Shown here: piece by piece, positions 40,932-50,850 of the stretch
Numbering within the stretch: position 1 is the first letter of the stretch
Layout: each line of letters begins with the position of its first letter
Assembly (NCBI GenBank): GCA_043797085.1
Contig: JAZDQA010000013.1
Coordinates: 241,140 to 305,139, forward strand
Direction of reading: 5' to 3'
DNA: 64,000 bases
From: Pseudomonadota bacterium
GTDB lineage: Bacteria; Campylobacterota; Campylobacteria; Campylobacterales; Sulfurimonadaceae
Notes under the pieces: model-generated
Seen by the model: the letters and a program-made list of their open reading frames with translations, nothing else
What the model was told of the DNA's origin: nothing
Database searches by the model: none
Position numbers and translations under genes: made by a program

Positions 40932-42435
40932 ACTCAAAACAATTCTCCTCTTTTTAGCGGTTAGCCTCATCCCCTATGCGCTTACCATGTTTCTCGTCGG
41001 AAATTCGTTTCGTCAAGAGATCTATGATGCCGTTACGCAGGAGATGAACACCCAGCTGCGCTTGAGCATTGAGAGGATCGATCAGCAGCTGATTACCCTC
41101 CGAAATGATATGACCTTTATCGCAAAATCAGACATTATGAACGATGTTTACACCCAAGATTTAGATCGACGTATCAGCAATACTCTACTATCGAAAAAAA
41201 ATGATCTCAAGATGGAAGGTGATTTCTATCTCACAAATCTCAATGGACTGATTATCGCCTCCAGTGATTTCAACGCGATAGGAAAAACCAACCGTGCACC
41301 CTCTTTTTACCACGTTAATGTTTATTCCACCTTCTCAACACAACCCATCGGAAAACTCGAAGTACGTTATCCCGTAGAAAATTTTAAACGCTTTTTTGCC
41401 AATACACAACAACGACACTACTACATACGTCAAAATGATGGATCGGTGTACTTACGCCCTTATGTATTTGATGATGTACTCCAAGTCTCGAAATCTCTCA
41501 AAAATGCGCCTCATCTCACAATCATCCTCGAAGAAAAAAAAGAGTTCGCCTACCGTCTTTTATACAAATACGAACAATGGTTTGTCTTTTTTCTAATCGG
41601 TGGAGCCATTTTTATTTCTCTAGCCGCCTATTTCATCGCCACTTATTTGATTAAACCCATCATCACCCTCTCTAATACCGCTAAAAAAATCACCCGTACG
41701 CATGACTATACCCAGCAAGTAGACATCAAACGCGATGATGAAATCGGGAAACTCTCTTCTGCTTTTAATACTATGATTAGCGGAATGGATCATGCCCTAA
41801 ACGAAATTACCGATCTGAATCAAGAGATTGAAGAGACCCAAAGAGAAGTCGTCTTTACGATGGGTTCCATCGGGGAGAGCCGATCTAAAGAGATGGGTAA
41901 CCATGTAAAAAGGGTTGCCGAATATTCCAGACTGCTCGCTGTGTATTACGGTCTAAGCGAAGAAGAGTCTGCAATGCTCAAACAAGCTTCTCCGATGCAT
42001 GACATCGGCAAAGTCGCTATCCCCGATGCCGTTCTCAATAAACCGGGACGATTTGACGAGGAAGAGCGCCGTATCATGGATACCCATGCAGCACTGGGAT
42101 ACGAAATGCTCAAACACTCTCACCGCACTTTGCTCCAAGCAGCAGCGATTGTTGCCTATGAACATCATGAAAAGTGGAACGGTAGCGGCTATCCACGAGG
42201 ATTAAGCGGTGAGGAGATTCATATTTATGGACGGATTACTGCACTTGCTGATGTGTTCGATGCCCTCGGGAGTGACCGCGTTTACAAAAAAGCGTGGGAT
42301 GATGAGAAAATTTTTACCCTCTTTAAAGAGGAGAGAGGAGAACATTTCGATCCGAAACTCATTGATATCTTTTTTGACCATTTAGAAGAGTTTATCGCAA
42401 TTCGAGAGACGTTTAAAGATATTCATGAATCCTAA
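40921..42435 (+). CDS. Membrane HAMP/HD-GYP c-di-GMP phosphodiesterase
   Basis: Two TM, HAMP DEIGKL..AFNTM, HVKRV, HDIGK, HHEKWNGSGYP. Confidence 0.95.
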   Translation: MSFKLKTILLFLAVSLIPYALTMFLVGNSFRQEIYDAVTQEMNTQLRLSIERIDQQLITLRNDMTFIAKSDIMNDVYTQDLDRRISNTLLSKKNDLKMEGDFYLTNLNGLIIASSDFNAIGKTNRAPSFYHVNVYSTFSTQPIGKLEVRYPVENFKRFFANTQQRHYYIRQNDGSVYLRPYVFDDVLQVSKSLKNAPHLTIILEEKKEFAYRLLYKYEQWFVFFLIGGAIFISLAAYFIATYLIKPIITLSNTAKKITRTHDYTQQVDIKRDDEIGKLSSAFNTMISGMDHALNEITDLNQEIEETQREVVFTMGSIGESRSKEMGNHVKRVAEYSRLLAVYYGLSEEESAMLKQASPMHDIGKVAIPDAVLNKPGRFDEEERRIMDTHAALGYEMLKHSHRTLLQAAAIVAYEHHEKWNGSGYPRGLSGEEIHIYGRITALADVFDALGSDRVYKKAWDDEKIFTLFKEERGEHFDPKLIDIFFDHLEEFIAIRETFKDIHES

Positions 42436-42502
42436 TTCCTAAAACACTAAGCCTCTGTATGGTATAATCGCGCCATTATTTACACCTTAAAAGGTCATTA
42501 TT

Positions 42503-43771
42503 ATGCGCCAAACCATTACAGAAAAAATATTTTCGCAGCACGTCGGCAAAGCCGTTTACGCAGGTGAAATCATCCGCTGTCCTATCGATATGGTCATCGG
42601 AAACGATATTACAACCCCTATTTCGATCAAAGCGTTCGAAGACATCGGGGCAACTAAACTTGCCAATCCAGAGGGCTTTTCCATCGTCCTTGACCACTTC
42701 ATCCCTGCCAAAGACATAGCTTCCGCCAACCAAGCGCGTATCAGCCGTGATTTCGCTAAAAAATATCAGATGAAACACTTTTTCGACGAAAAAGATATGG
42801 GAATCGAACACGCATTGCTTCCTGAAAAAGGGCTTGTAGTACCGGGTGATGTTATCATCGGTGCGGATTCTCATACATGTACTCACGGTGCATTGGGAGC
42901 ATTTTCTACAGGAATGGGTTCAACCGATTTGGCGTTTGCAATGGTAACCGGAGGGAACTGGTTTAAAGTCCCTGAGTCGATCAAAGTTGTCCTTAGCGGC
43001 AAACCGGGCAAATACACAACAGGTAAAGATGTGATCCTCGAAGTAATCCGCATGATCGGGGTAGATGGCGCGCTCTACCGCACGCTCGAATTTGTCGGAA
43101 GCACCATCCCGTATCTCACGATGGATGACCGTTTCAGTATGTGTAACATGGCGATAGAGGCGGGAGCGAAAAGCGGTATCGTCGCGTATGACGAGATCAC
43201 GGCAGAGTTCCTAGCCGATAAACCTCTCGCGCGTGAGCCGAAAATTCACACATCGGATGAAGACGCAACGTATGTTCAAGTATTGGAAATTGATGTCGCC
43301 AACCTCGAACCCGTCATTGCCTACCCATTCTTACCATCCAACGGACATAGCCTCAGCCAAGCCGTGAGCGACCACATCAAAGTCGATCAAGCATTCATCG
43401 GCAGCTGCACCAACGGACGTTTGAGCGACCTCAAAATCGCGGCAGAAATTCTTAAAGGCAAACGGGTACATCAAGATGTTCGCCTCATCGTCACACCGGG
43501 AACACAGCGTATCGCACGCGAAGCAACAAAACTCGGTTACATAGACATTATCATCGATGCAGGCGGGGTTGTTTCCAATCCGACTTGTGGCGCATGCCTA
43601 GGTGGCTATATGGGAATCTTGGGCGATAACGAAGTCGCTGTTGCGACCACTAACCGTAACTTCGTCGGACGCATGGGTTCACGCTCATCAAAAGTCTATT
43701 TGGCGAATTCTGCCGTTGCTGCGGCTTCGGCTATCACGGGATACATTACCGATCCTGAAACGATAAAATAA
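42503..43771 (+). CDS. leuC: 3-isopropylmalate dehydratase large subunit
   Basis: GADSHTCT.GA, FIGSCTNGR, CGACLG, TTNRNF.GRMG. Confidence 0.9.
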   Translation: MRQTITEKIFSQHVGKAVYAGEIIRCPIDMVIGNDITTPISIKAFEDIGATKLANPEGFSIVLDHFIPAKDIASANQARISRDFAKKYQMKHFFDEKDMGIEHALLPEKGLVVPGDVIIGADSHTCTHGALGAFSTGMGSTDLAFAMVTGGNWFKVPESIKVVLSGKPGKYTTGKDVILEVIRMIGVDGALYRTLEFVGSTIPYLTMDDRFSMCNMAIEAGAKSGIVAYDEITAEFLADKPLAREPKIHTSDEDATYVQVLEIDVANLEPVIAYPFLPSNGHSLSQAVSDHIKVDQAFIGSCTNGRLSDLKIAAEILKGKRVHQDVRLIVTPGTQRIAREATKLGYIDIIIDAGGVVSNPTCGACLGGYMGILGDNEVAVATTNRNFVGRMGSRSSKVYLANSAVAAASAITGYITDPETIK

Positions 43772-43786
43772 CCTCTTTCTCTGGGG

Positions 43787-44668
43787 TTATACCCCCGTAT
43801 TACACGCTTCCAACGTCCCTTTATCAAATCCTCGTTTAAACCACTCCATCCGCATTTCCGAGCTTCCGTGAGTAAACGCATCGGGGACGACATACCCTTG
43901 TGATTGTTTTTGGAGCGTATCATCACCGATCTGACTGGCGGCGTTGAGTGCCTCTTCGATATCCCCCTCTTCGAGTACTGCTCTCTCTTTTTGGGTGTGG
44001 TATGCCCATACTCCGGCGTAGCAGTCGGCTTGAAGCTCCACTTTTACCTGTACAGCATTCCCTTTTGTCTTACTCGATTTCTCTTGAGCACTGTGCGCTT
44101 TATCCAATGTCCCGAGTTGATTTTGAACATGGTGACCGATTTCATGCGAAATCACGTATGCTTGGGCAAAATCTCCAGGGGCATTATGACGCTGAGACAG
44201 CTCATCGAAAAAGCTCAAATCCAAATACACCTTTTGATCCACAGGGCAGTAAAACGGACCAACTTGAGCATCGGCATATCCGCAGCCGCTTTGGACGCTT
44301 CCGCGAAACAGCACTAACTTCGGTTTGGGATAGGTTAGCCCTTTTTGCGTAAAAATCTTCGTCCATACCTCTTCCGTTTGCCCTAAAACAGCAGCTACAA
44401 ACTGGGCACTGCGATCATCCTCCTGTTGACTAACAGCCGTGTTAGTACGTGTTTGAGTATCGAGCAAAGTGAGAGGATTGTATCCCATAAAATACGCCAC
44501 AATCCCTATCACCAAAACAATCCGTCCGATATTAGTTCCCATCAAAAACCGAATAATCGGAATAAGCAGATTCGCCCCTCTCCCGCTGCCGAAATTCATC
44601 CGTCCTCCGGAGTCTTGAGAACGTAAATCCTCAATATTGGTACTTCGCTTTAAATCTTCCCATTTCAT
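43787..44668 (-). CDS. YpfJ-type neutral zinc metallopeptidase
   Basis: MKW...RSTNIED.R, GPFYCP, HEIGHHVQ, ELQADC, FTHGS. Confidence 0.93.
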   Translation of the reverse strand: MKWEDLKRSTNIEDLRSQDSGGRMNFGSGRGANLLIPIIRFLMGTNIGRIVLVIGIVAYFMGYNPLTLLDTQTRTNTAVSQQEDDRSAQFVAAVLGQTEEVWTKIFTQKGLTYPKPKLVLFRGSVQSGCGYADAQVGPFYCPVDQKVYLDLSFFDELSQRHNAPGDFAQAYVISHEIGHHVQNQLGTLDKAHSAQEKSSKTKGNAVQVKVELQADCYAGVWAYHTQKERAVLEEGDIEEALNAASQIGDDTLQKQSQGYVVPDAFTHGSSEMRMEWFKRGFDKGTLEACNTGV

Positions 44669-44865
44669 AACAGCATCCCTATCTTCTCTATTTCGCTCCA
44701 AAGCTCTGCTTAGGAATCTATTTTATTAGCTACTGTATTTTAGCAATATTTATCCTCTAATCTGAACCGACTACAATTCATCCACATTTTTATTTTAAAA
44801 TACTATAGCCTCAAAATATAATAACGATTATATTTTGGATTAGCTATACTTTGAAAATATAATAC

Positions 44866-45345
44866 ATGGGGATTACAATGCGTTCTTTTTATCTCGCTTC
44901 TTTACTTTTACTCGGCTCATTTTCCAATGTTAGTGCTTTTGATTTTGGCGAACTGATGCAGACCGTGGCTCCAGTGGCTACCGCAGTTGCTCCTATCACG
45001 GATGCAAAGCTTGTCTCCAATCCGTTGATCAAAAATCTGACCACCTCTTTGGGTGTTACTCCCACCCAAGCCATTGGCGGAACAGCTGCTATTCTTAATG
45101 ATGCCAAAGGCAATATGAAGCCAGCCGACTTCAAAACCCTCACAAAACAAGTTCCTCAAGTAAACACACTCCTCGCAGCAGCACCTGCCGGAATGCTAGA
45201 ACTTGGAAGCCTTGGTTCACAGTTTTCCATGTTGGGGATGGATGCTTCTATGCTCGATAAATTCTCTCCGTTCGTCCTCCAATACCTCCAAGACGGTGCA
45301 ACACCAAGTATGGATAAAATTGTAGCCGCAGCCTTCGCACAATAA
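44866..45345 (+). CDS. DUF2780-like secreted protein
   Basis: Signal peptide, LGVT.TQA.GG, F..LGMD. Confidence 0.75.
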   Translation: MGITMRSFYLASLLLLGSFSNVSAFDFGELMQTVAPVATAVAPITDAKLVSNPLIKNLTTSLGVTPTQAIGGTAAILNDAKGNMKPADFKTLTKQVPQVNTLLAAAPAGMLELGSLGSQFSMLGMDASMLDKFSPFVLQYLQDGATPSMDKIVAAAFAQ

Positions 45346-45951
45346 ATGTTTACCCTGCCTTGTATTCTCTTCGCAGGTGGGAAAAGCTCCCGCATGGGGA
45401 GCGACAAATCATTGCTTCCTTTTGGTGAATATACCTCTCTTGCCGCGTTCCAATATAACCGACTTACCAAGCTTTTCACCAATGTCTATATTTCTACCAA
45501 AACACGTGAAAAATTCGATTTTGAAGCCCAATTTATCCTTGATGCAGAGAATACCGATTTTGCTCCAACCGTAGGTTTTGTGAGTGCTTTTGAAAAGTTG
45601 GGATGTGAGCGTTTTTTTGCCTTAAGTGTCGACACCCCTTTTGTTGATGTCGATACTATTGAAATGCTTCTACACGCAGATGAGTCTCATCTCGATGCCG
45701 TCATTGCCAAAACGCCTTCAGGAACCCATCCCCTATGCGGAATCTATCATCACACATTGCTAAAAAACTTTCAGCAGATGCAGCGTGAAGGTGACCACAG
45801 ACTAGGAAAACTGCTCTCCATGAAGCAAACACGTTTTGTAGAATTTGAAAACGAAGAAATTTTTATGAATCTTAATCATCCTCACGAATACAAAGAAGCA
45901 CTCATGCGTTATAGAAGTTTAGAAAATAGCATTTCCATCAAAGAAGTATAG
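45346..45951 (+). CDS. mobA: Molybdenum cofactor guanylyltransferase
   Basis: AGGKSSRMG.DK, VDTPF, HPLCGIY, F.NLN.P. Confidence 0.95.
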   Translation: MFTLPCILFAGGKSSRMGSDKSLLPFGEYTSLAAFQYNRLTKLFTNVYISTKTREKFDFEAQFILDAENTDFAPTVGFVSAFEKLGCERFFALSVDTPFVDVDTIEMLLHADESHLDAVIAKTPSGTHPLCGIYHHTLLKNFQQMQREGDHRLGKLLSMKQTRFVEFENEEIFMNLNHPHEYKEALMRYRSLENSISIKEV

Positions 45952-46709
45952 TATGAGGTTAGCGTATCCCAAGGATTAGTAGTATTATCGTTTGTTAAAT
46001 ACACATATCCTATTTTAAAAGAGTTCAACTTTTGCAGCTTTTGGGATGTAACCTCTGTTTGCGGAACTCCGTAACCAAGAAGGGCAAATTTCTCCGATGG
46101 ATACCGCGTAATGTACTCAGGCGGAGTAAGTGCATCATACGCAATCCCTTTTTTTTCATAGATAACCGTTATATCCGATATACGAACGATCTCTTCATCA
46201 GGATAAGCACCTGTATTTAAAACTACTTTTTGAGAAACATTACCCTCTTTGATAAAAGAACGTAACTCTTGATAATACACAGCACTTTGTGCGGATGCAT
46301 TTGCTTCATCGACAAAAATACCATCCAAGTTTGAATAACATTCTCTATAGCGGGCAATATCTGCCTTAACCTCTTCTATGGGACGCGCTGCGTAGAGAGT
46401 ATGAACATATCCGATTGCTTTAATTGACTTGCCCTTAAGTTGGCTAATTCCCGCTTGATAGTCTTGGCTTATTGTTGTATTGCACTCTACTGGACCATTA
46501 TTTGGGTTGATAATAGTTATGATTTCTACTGTTGTATTAATGTCTAATAGAGCTTTCCACTGCGGACCAGTCGGATAAGCATACAACGGAATAAGGGTCC
46601 CCTTAAACAAAGCAGGAGGGGTCGCAATCGTTTCATTACCATCTGTACCCATTTTACAACCCAGCACAAGAAGCATCGTAGCCACAAAAAATAAAAACTT
46701 TACAACCAT
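45909..46709 (-). CDS. Spherulin-4 family (GH135-like) lipoprotein
   Basis: LVLGC lipobox, LIPLYAYP, IINPNNGP, IGYVHT.Y, DGIFVDE, NPWD.L. Confidence 0.85.
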   Translation of the reverse strand: MVVKFLFFVATMLLVLGCKMGTDGNETIATPPALFKGTLIPLYAYPTGPQWKALLDINTTVEIITIINPNNGPVECNTTISQDYQAGISQLKGKSIKAIGYVHTLYAARPIEEVKADIARYRECYSNLDGIFVDEANASAQSAVYYQELRSFIKEGNVSQKVVLNTGAYPDEEIVRISDITVIYEKKGIAYDALTPPEYITRYPSEKFALLGYGVPQTEVTSQKLQKLNSFKIGYVYLTNDNTTNPWDTLTSYYTSLMEMLFSKLL

Positions 46710-46861
46710 AAAAATATCCAATATTAAAATTTAACTAAAAAAATTAAAGAGAGCGATTATTCTACCTTTAACTGCTTAATTTTCTTCTGATGTTCGATCT
46801 TCTTTTGAATTTACCACTCTAAGCTATAATAATAAAAAAATTAGATCAAAGTGATACAATA

Positions 46862-47356
46862 ATGAACCTAACCCACCTCGATGAGCGTGACCGACCCAAA
46901 ATGGTCGATGTCTCCGATAAAAACGCCTCAACACGAGTCGCCGTTGCCAGCGGACTTATTACAATGAGCCAAGACGCCTATGATGCCGTCGTCAACCAAA
47001 CCGCCAAAAAAGGTCCCGTCCTCCAAACGGCTGTCATCGCCGCCATCATGGGGACGAAAAAAACCAGCGATATTATTCCGATGTGCCATCCGTTAAACCT
47101 CAGCGGGGTAAACTGTGATATTGACGAACTTCCACAACTCCCTGGATTTCGTCTCACCGTCACGGCGAAATTAACAGGACAGACAGGCGTGGAAATGGAG
47201 GCCCTCACAGGGACAAGTATCGGATTGCTCACCATTTACGATATGCTAAAAGCGATTGATAAAGGGATGGTCATCGGACCCATCCAACTTGAAACCAAAT
47301 CAGGAGGAAAAAGTGGCGATTACATGCGAAATGAACGGACAAAAACTACAGCTTGA
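46862..47356 (+). CDS. moaC: Cyclic pyranopterin monophosphate synthase
   Basis: [42 protein letters not shown]. Confidence 0.97.
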   Translation: MNLTHLDERDRPKMVDVSDKNASTRVAVASGLITMSQDAYDAVVNQTAKKGPVLQTAVIAAIMGTKKTSDIIPMCHPLNLSGVNCDIDELPQLPGFRLTVTAKLTGQTGVEMEALTGTSIGLLTIYDMLKAIDKGMVIGPIQLETKSGGKSGDYMRNERTKTTA

Positions 47357-47585
47357 ATACCCATGCTCATGGTGCTATAAAGTCATAGCATTTGAGCGAG
47401 CCGGTATTGAGATAGCGGCGATGGAAATTTTTTCCGAACGGATTTATTCACTCAAACCATCTAACACGAGTGGCAGCGGAAAATATGTCAGCATGAACTT
47501 AGAACTGTTGGTGCATAATGAGGATGAACGTACCTTTTTTTACGAAACACTCAAAGCACACCATCACATCAAAATGGTACTATAA
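47313..47585 (+). CDS. DUF493/HP0495-family protein
   Basis: GTG after AGGAGG; EYPC.W.YKVI, S..GKYVS, terminal IKMVL. Confidence 0.88.
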   Translation: MAITCEMNGQKLQLEYPCSWCYKVIAFERAGIEIAAMEIFSERIYSLKPSNTSGSGKYVSMNLELLVHNEDERTFFYETLKAHHHIKMVL

Positions 47586-47594
47586 AGGAAACAT

Positions 47595-48566
47595 ATGAGC
47601 CTCGAAACTTTTGAAAATCAATTTAATCTTCAAGTCATTGACAAGCTCCCTTTAGAGGAGTTAAAAAGTCTCACATCCTCCCTCTTAAAAGAGGAAGCCT
47701 CTACTCTCCATAATGAACTCGAAGAACTCATCGAGCAAAAAGAAAAAATTGAGCGTCAAATATCTCGGAAAAGTGATGAATTGCAGCACCTGAAATATCA
47801 ATGTTTTGATATTTTAGAAAAAAAGTTTAGTGATAATGAAGAGATTTTAGCGAAATTGCACCTCATCAAAATTCAATCCGTAGATCTTCTTGACATACTC
47901 GAAGAGATGGTCGAATCAGCGATTATCACAACCCTTGAGAAAGGTTCTGACACTGAAGAAACCCTTCATGAAATCATCAAAGAGATAACTTTCCAAACGC
48001 TCAATGCCAACGTCCTAAATGCCGTTCGTATTCGTCGTATCTTTTCTAGTATACTTCAAAGCGCCCTTAATGTTGCCGAAGCAACACCCAATCAAGCTGA
48101 ACCGATTTTACGGGGAACGCTTTTGGGTATCCGTTCAGCACTCCACAAATCGATAGAAAAATTCCGTCAATATCTCCTCTATCTTCCCGATGAAATCCGA
48201 GCGCTCTACCATAAAGAGTATCAGTTGATCGAAGACGAATTGGAACAAATCCATACACTCTTTGGAAAAATCGTCCACTCTCTTGCCAAAAATAACTCTC
48301 CTGTACTCATAGAACAACTCACAGTTATTGGCTCAGAAATTCGTCTCGACAGCGATGAACTCGCTATTTTATCTCAAGAAACCGCCAAGCTCCTCCAAGG
48401 CAAACTCTCCAAGCTCCGTCAAGAAGTAAGTGAACGCAGTGCTGCACTCCTTAATTCTAACTCAGCACAAGAAGCAAAAGCAATGGGTAAACGCGCGTGG
48501 AGTGTTGCCAAATCAACGATGGAAGGGGCACTCAAAAGTGCCAAAGAGGCTATGGAGAAAAAATAA
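47595..48566 (+). CDS. Coiled-coil hypothetical protein
   Basis: 323 aa helical ORF with AAGGA RBS. Confidence 0.75.
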   Translation: MSLETFENQFNLQVIDKLPLEELKSLTSSLLKEEASTLHNELEELIEQKEKIERQISRKSDELQHLKYQCFDILEKKFSDNEEILAKLHLIKIQSVDLLDILEEMVESAIITTLEKGSDTEETLHEIIKEITFQTLNANVLNAVRIRRIFSSILQSALNVAEATPNQAEPILRGTLLGIRSALHKSIEKFRQYLLYLPDEIRALYHKEYQLIEDELEQIHTLFGKIVHSLAKNNSPVLIEQLTVIGSEIRLDSDELAILSQETAKLLQGKLSKLRQEVSERSAALLNSNSAQEAKAMGKRAWSVAKSTMEGALKSAKEAMEKK

Positions 48567-48584
48567 GCCCTCACGTTATTCTCT

Positions 48585-48668
48585 GTCATACCGAACTTCA
48601 CGTGCCCTTTAGGGTAGATTCGATATCCATTCCTTATTTGTGGATTCCGTGTCATAGCACGGAATGAC
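48585..48668. repeat. ~85-bp composite palindromic repeat, copy A
   Basis: GTCATACCG...CACGTGCCCTTTAGGGTA...GGATTCCGTGTCATAGCACGGAATGAC; near reverse complement of 50360-50447. Confidence 0.85.
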
Positions 48669-48675
48669 GAATGGG

Positions 48676-49761
48676 TTACATATCTCTCGCTAACGTAAAC
48701 ATATTACTAAACTCTTTTTTATAGCCGGAACAACGATCACAAATCGGATCCCCGCCTTTATAAGGGAACGGACATCGGCACTCATTGCACATGACCATTT
48801 CATAATGAACCAATTGCTCTGCACGCTCGTATGCGATGCTCACCATGTCAAAACCGGCTTTAGCCGTGATGGCATTTGGTTTGCAAATATCTTCACATAT
48901 CCCGCATCCTATACACTTGCCCTGAGAAAAATAGATTCCTTGTTTATCGGAGGTTGGGAACAGTGCATCGGTCGGACAAAATTGGGTACAATCACCGCAA
49001 TTCGTACAAAGATCAAAAGCAATTTGTTTGTTGAAAAAAAGCGGTGAAGATTCTGAAAAATCCGTTACTGCCATCGCTGTAACCACATCTTTGAGACTGT
49101 TTTTCAACAACACTTTCTTAAGCGGCGTGGTCATATTGGGAAGAGCATGATGGGTTGCAGTCATACTTTTTTGTACTTTTGGAGCATCCGCCACAGCTTC
49201 CTTTACTTTTTCCAATCCTTTGCGAAAAAGGGCACGGCGCGGCTCTTGCTCCTCTTGAACTTCAAGGGTGTCAATTTTCTTATCCACTGCTATTTGTACT
49301 AAAAAATCATTTGCTTGAGTAATAGCCCATCGTATGGTCTCTTCCATCTTTCCATTTTCATTCAATGCACAGCTGGAACAATGACTCATGTCACATACAA
49401 CAGCCAATTCTCCTCGCAAGGTCATCGTCAATAGATGTTCGGTATCAAATACACCCAAACACGGGGTTGTACTTTTACACGAGAGCTGAGTGTTTGTCTG
49501 AGATTGAAAAGATACCGAAAATTCATTGGGATCAAAACTCTCAATTTCAAAAGCTTCCGTAGGGCAGCTTCCGATACATCCTGCACATTCGATGCACTCA
49601 TTGTCAAATAAAGTGAGTTTATTACGAACTAAATGTATTGCCTCTTTGGGGCACAAATCGATACAAATATGACAATCATTATGAAAATATTCATTGCGTA
49701 AACAACGTGTCGCCGTAAAACTAAAAAGGTTATTTTTTTGAATAAAGTTATGGTTACCCAT
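48676..49761 (-). CDS. Polyferredoxin (multiple 4Fe-4S dicluster protein)
   Basis: CHICIDLCP, CIECAGCIGSCP, CTNCGDCTQFCP, CIGCGICEDIC, CNEC...CDRC. Confidence 0.9.
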   Translation of the reverse strand: MGNHNFIQKNNLFSFTATRCLRNEYFHNDCHICIDLCPKEAIHLVRNKLTLFDNECIECAGCIGSCPTEAFEIESFDPNEFSVSFQSQTNTQLSCKSTTPCLGVFDTEHLLTMTLRGELAVVCDMSHCSSCALNENGKMEETIRWAITQANDFLVQIAVDKKIDTLEVQEEQEPRRALFRKGLEKVKEAVADAPKVQKSMTATHHALPNMTTPLKKVLLKNSLKDVVTAMAVTDFSESSPLFFNKQIAFDLCTNCGDCTQFCPTDALFPTSDKQGIYFSQGKCIGCGICEDICKPNAITAKAGFDMVSIAYERAEQLVHYEMVMCNECRCPFPYKGGDPICDRCSGYKKEFSNMFTLARDM

Positions 49762-50323
49762 TGGCAATCTCTTGGTGTAAATATTCATAATCAGAGCATA
49801 AAAACTCCACCATAAAATCACATATGTCTTTGTAAAAAGGGGTATCTGCCATGCTTTTCATCCCTAGCATATAAGGGATAACCCACATAAACAAATGCTC
49901 ATCCATAAACTGGACTTGCGCTTTCATTTCGTTACGAAATACCAGCATCTGCATGAAAGCCAATTCGATAGAGAGATGATCCGGAGCCATAAGCTCGGTT
50001 TGATCCATGTTAAGCTCAAAACCGTGCGTAAAATAAAAAGCCATTACCGGGTTTTGCAGTCCCACAAGAGTTTCATTTTTCGCATCCAAAACAAATGACT
50101 CAACCGGCTGGGTATTCAGAAAAAAGAGGGATGTATAATCGGTATTCAATGCCGAATATAGCTCCTCTTCATTGGTTGTGTCAAACCACGCCCTCGTCTC
50201 TTCACCAATAACCTCGAGCAATTGCTGATTATTTTTGAGGTCAGTGATAAAACGACGATCGGGGATATTACTCATTACTCGCGATAAAAATGCATAAATA
50301 TAACGTCGATATTCAGTGTTCAT
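49754..50323 (-). CDS. TorD/DmsD-family molybdoenzyme maturation chaperone
   Basis: YAFLS, DYTSLF, PVES, PDHLSIELAFM, F..EHL..W; start MNTEY at 50323 after AGGA. Confidence 0.92.
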   Translation of the reverse strand: MNTEYRRYIYAFLSRVMSNIPDRRFITDLKNNQQLLEVIGEETRAWFDTTNEEELYSALNTDYTSLFFLNTQPVESFVLDAKNETLVGLQNPVMAFYFTHGFELNMDQTELMAPDHLSIELAFMQMLVFRNEMKAQVQFMDEHLFMWVIPYMLGMKSMADTPFYKDICDFMVEFLCSDYEYLHQEIANG

Positions 50324-50359
50324 AATTATTCCTAAAAAATGGAAGGGGATAGCTAGTGT

Positions 50360-50447
50360 GTCATTCCGTGCCACGACACGGAATCCATAAATATTAAAAG
50401 AGTGGATACCGTATCTACCTTAAAGGGCACGTGAAGTACGGTATGGG
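50360..50447. repeat. ~85-bp composite palindromic repeat, copy B (inverted relative to A)
   Basis: GTCATTCCGTGCCACGACACGGAATCC...TACCTTAAAGGGCACGTGAAGTACGGTATG. Confidence 0.85.
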
Positions 50448-50451
50448 TTTA

Positions 50452-50850
50452 TTATAAACAACCCTTAAAGAACGATTTCTTCGGTGGAGGCGGAGCTTTA
50501 AATTCAGTAGCAGCAATGATGTTTGTAGCCGTATCTAAAATACCTACGATAATAACACCATTTTTATTCATCCCCTCACCAAGCTCAGAAACTTTAAGTT
50601 TTGATGTATCGATTTGATACACTTTACCCGTATTGTGTTGAAACAACGCCAATTTTGGATTAGTAGTTGCGCCTGGTTCAATTTTTTTGAAACAATCATC
50701 TGAACCACAGCTATAATTTTCTAAATAACAATCCGCAAATGCTCCCTGAGCAGCACATGCCGGAGTCGTTAAAAGACCTTCGAATTCTTGCCCTTCATTT
50801 GCAAATGCACTAACAAAAAATGCCGCGCAGATCAGTGCAAATTTTTTCAT
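50452..50850 (-). CDS. Small secreted Cys-containing protein in the molybdoenzyme operon
   Basis: Signal peptide, five Cys in mature part, OB-like C-terminal half; overlaps gamma subunit stop. Confidence 0.75.
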   Translation of the reverse strand: MKKFALICAAFFVSAFANEGQEFEGLLTTPACAAQGAFADCYLENYSCGSDDCFKKIEPGATTNPKLALFQHNTGKVYQIDTSKLKVSELGEGMNKNGVIIVGILDTATNIIAATEFKAPPPPKKSFFKGCL

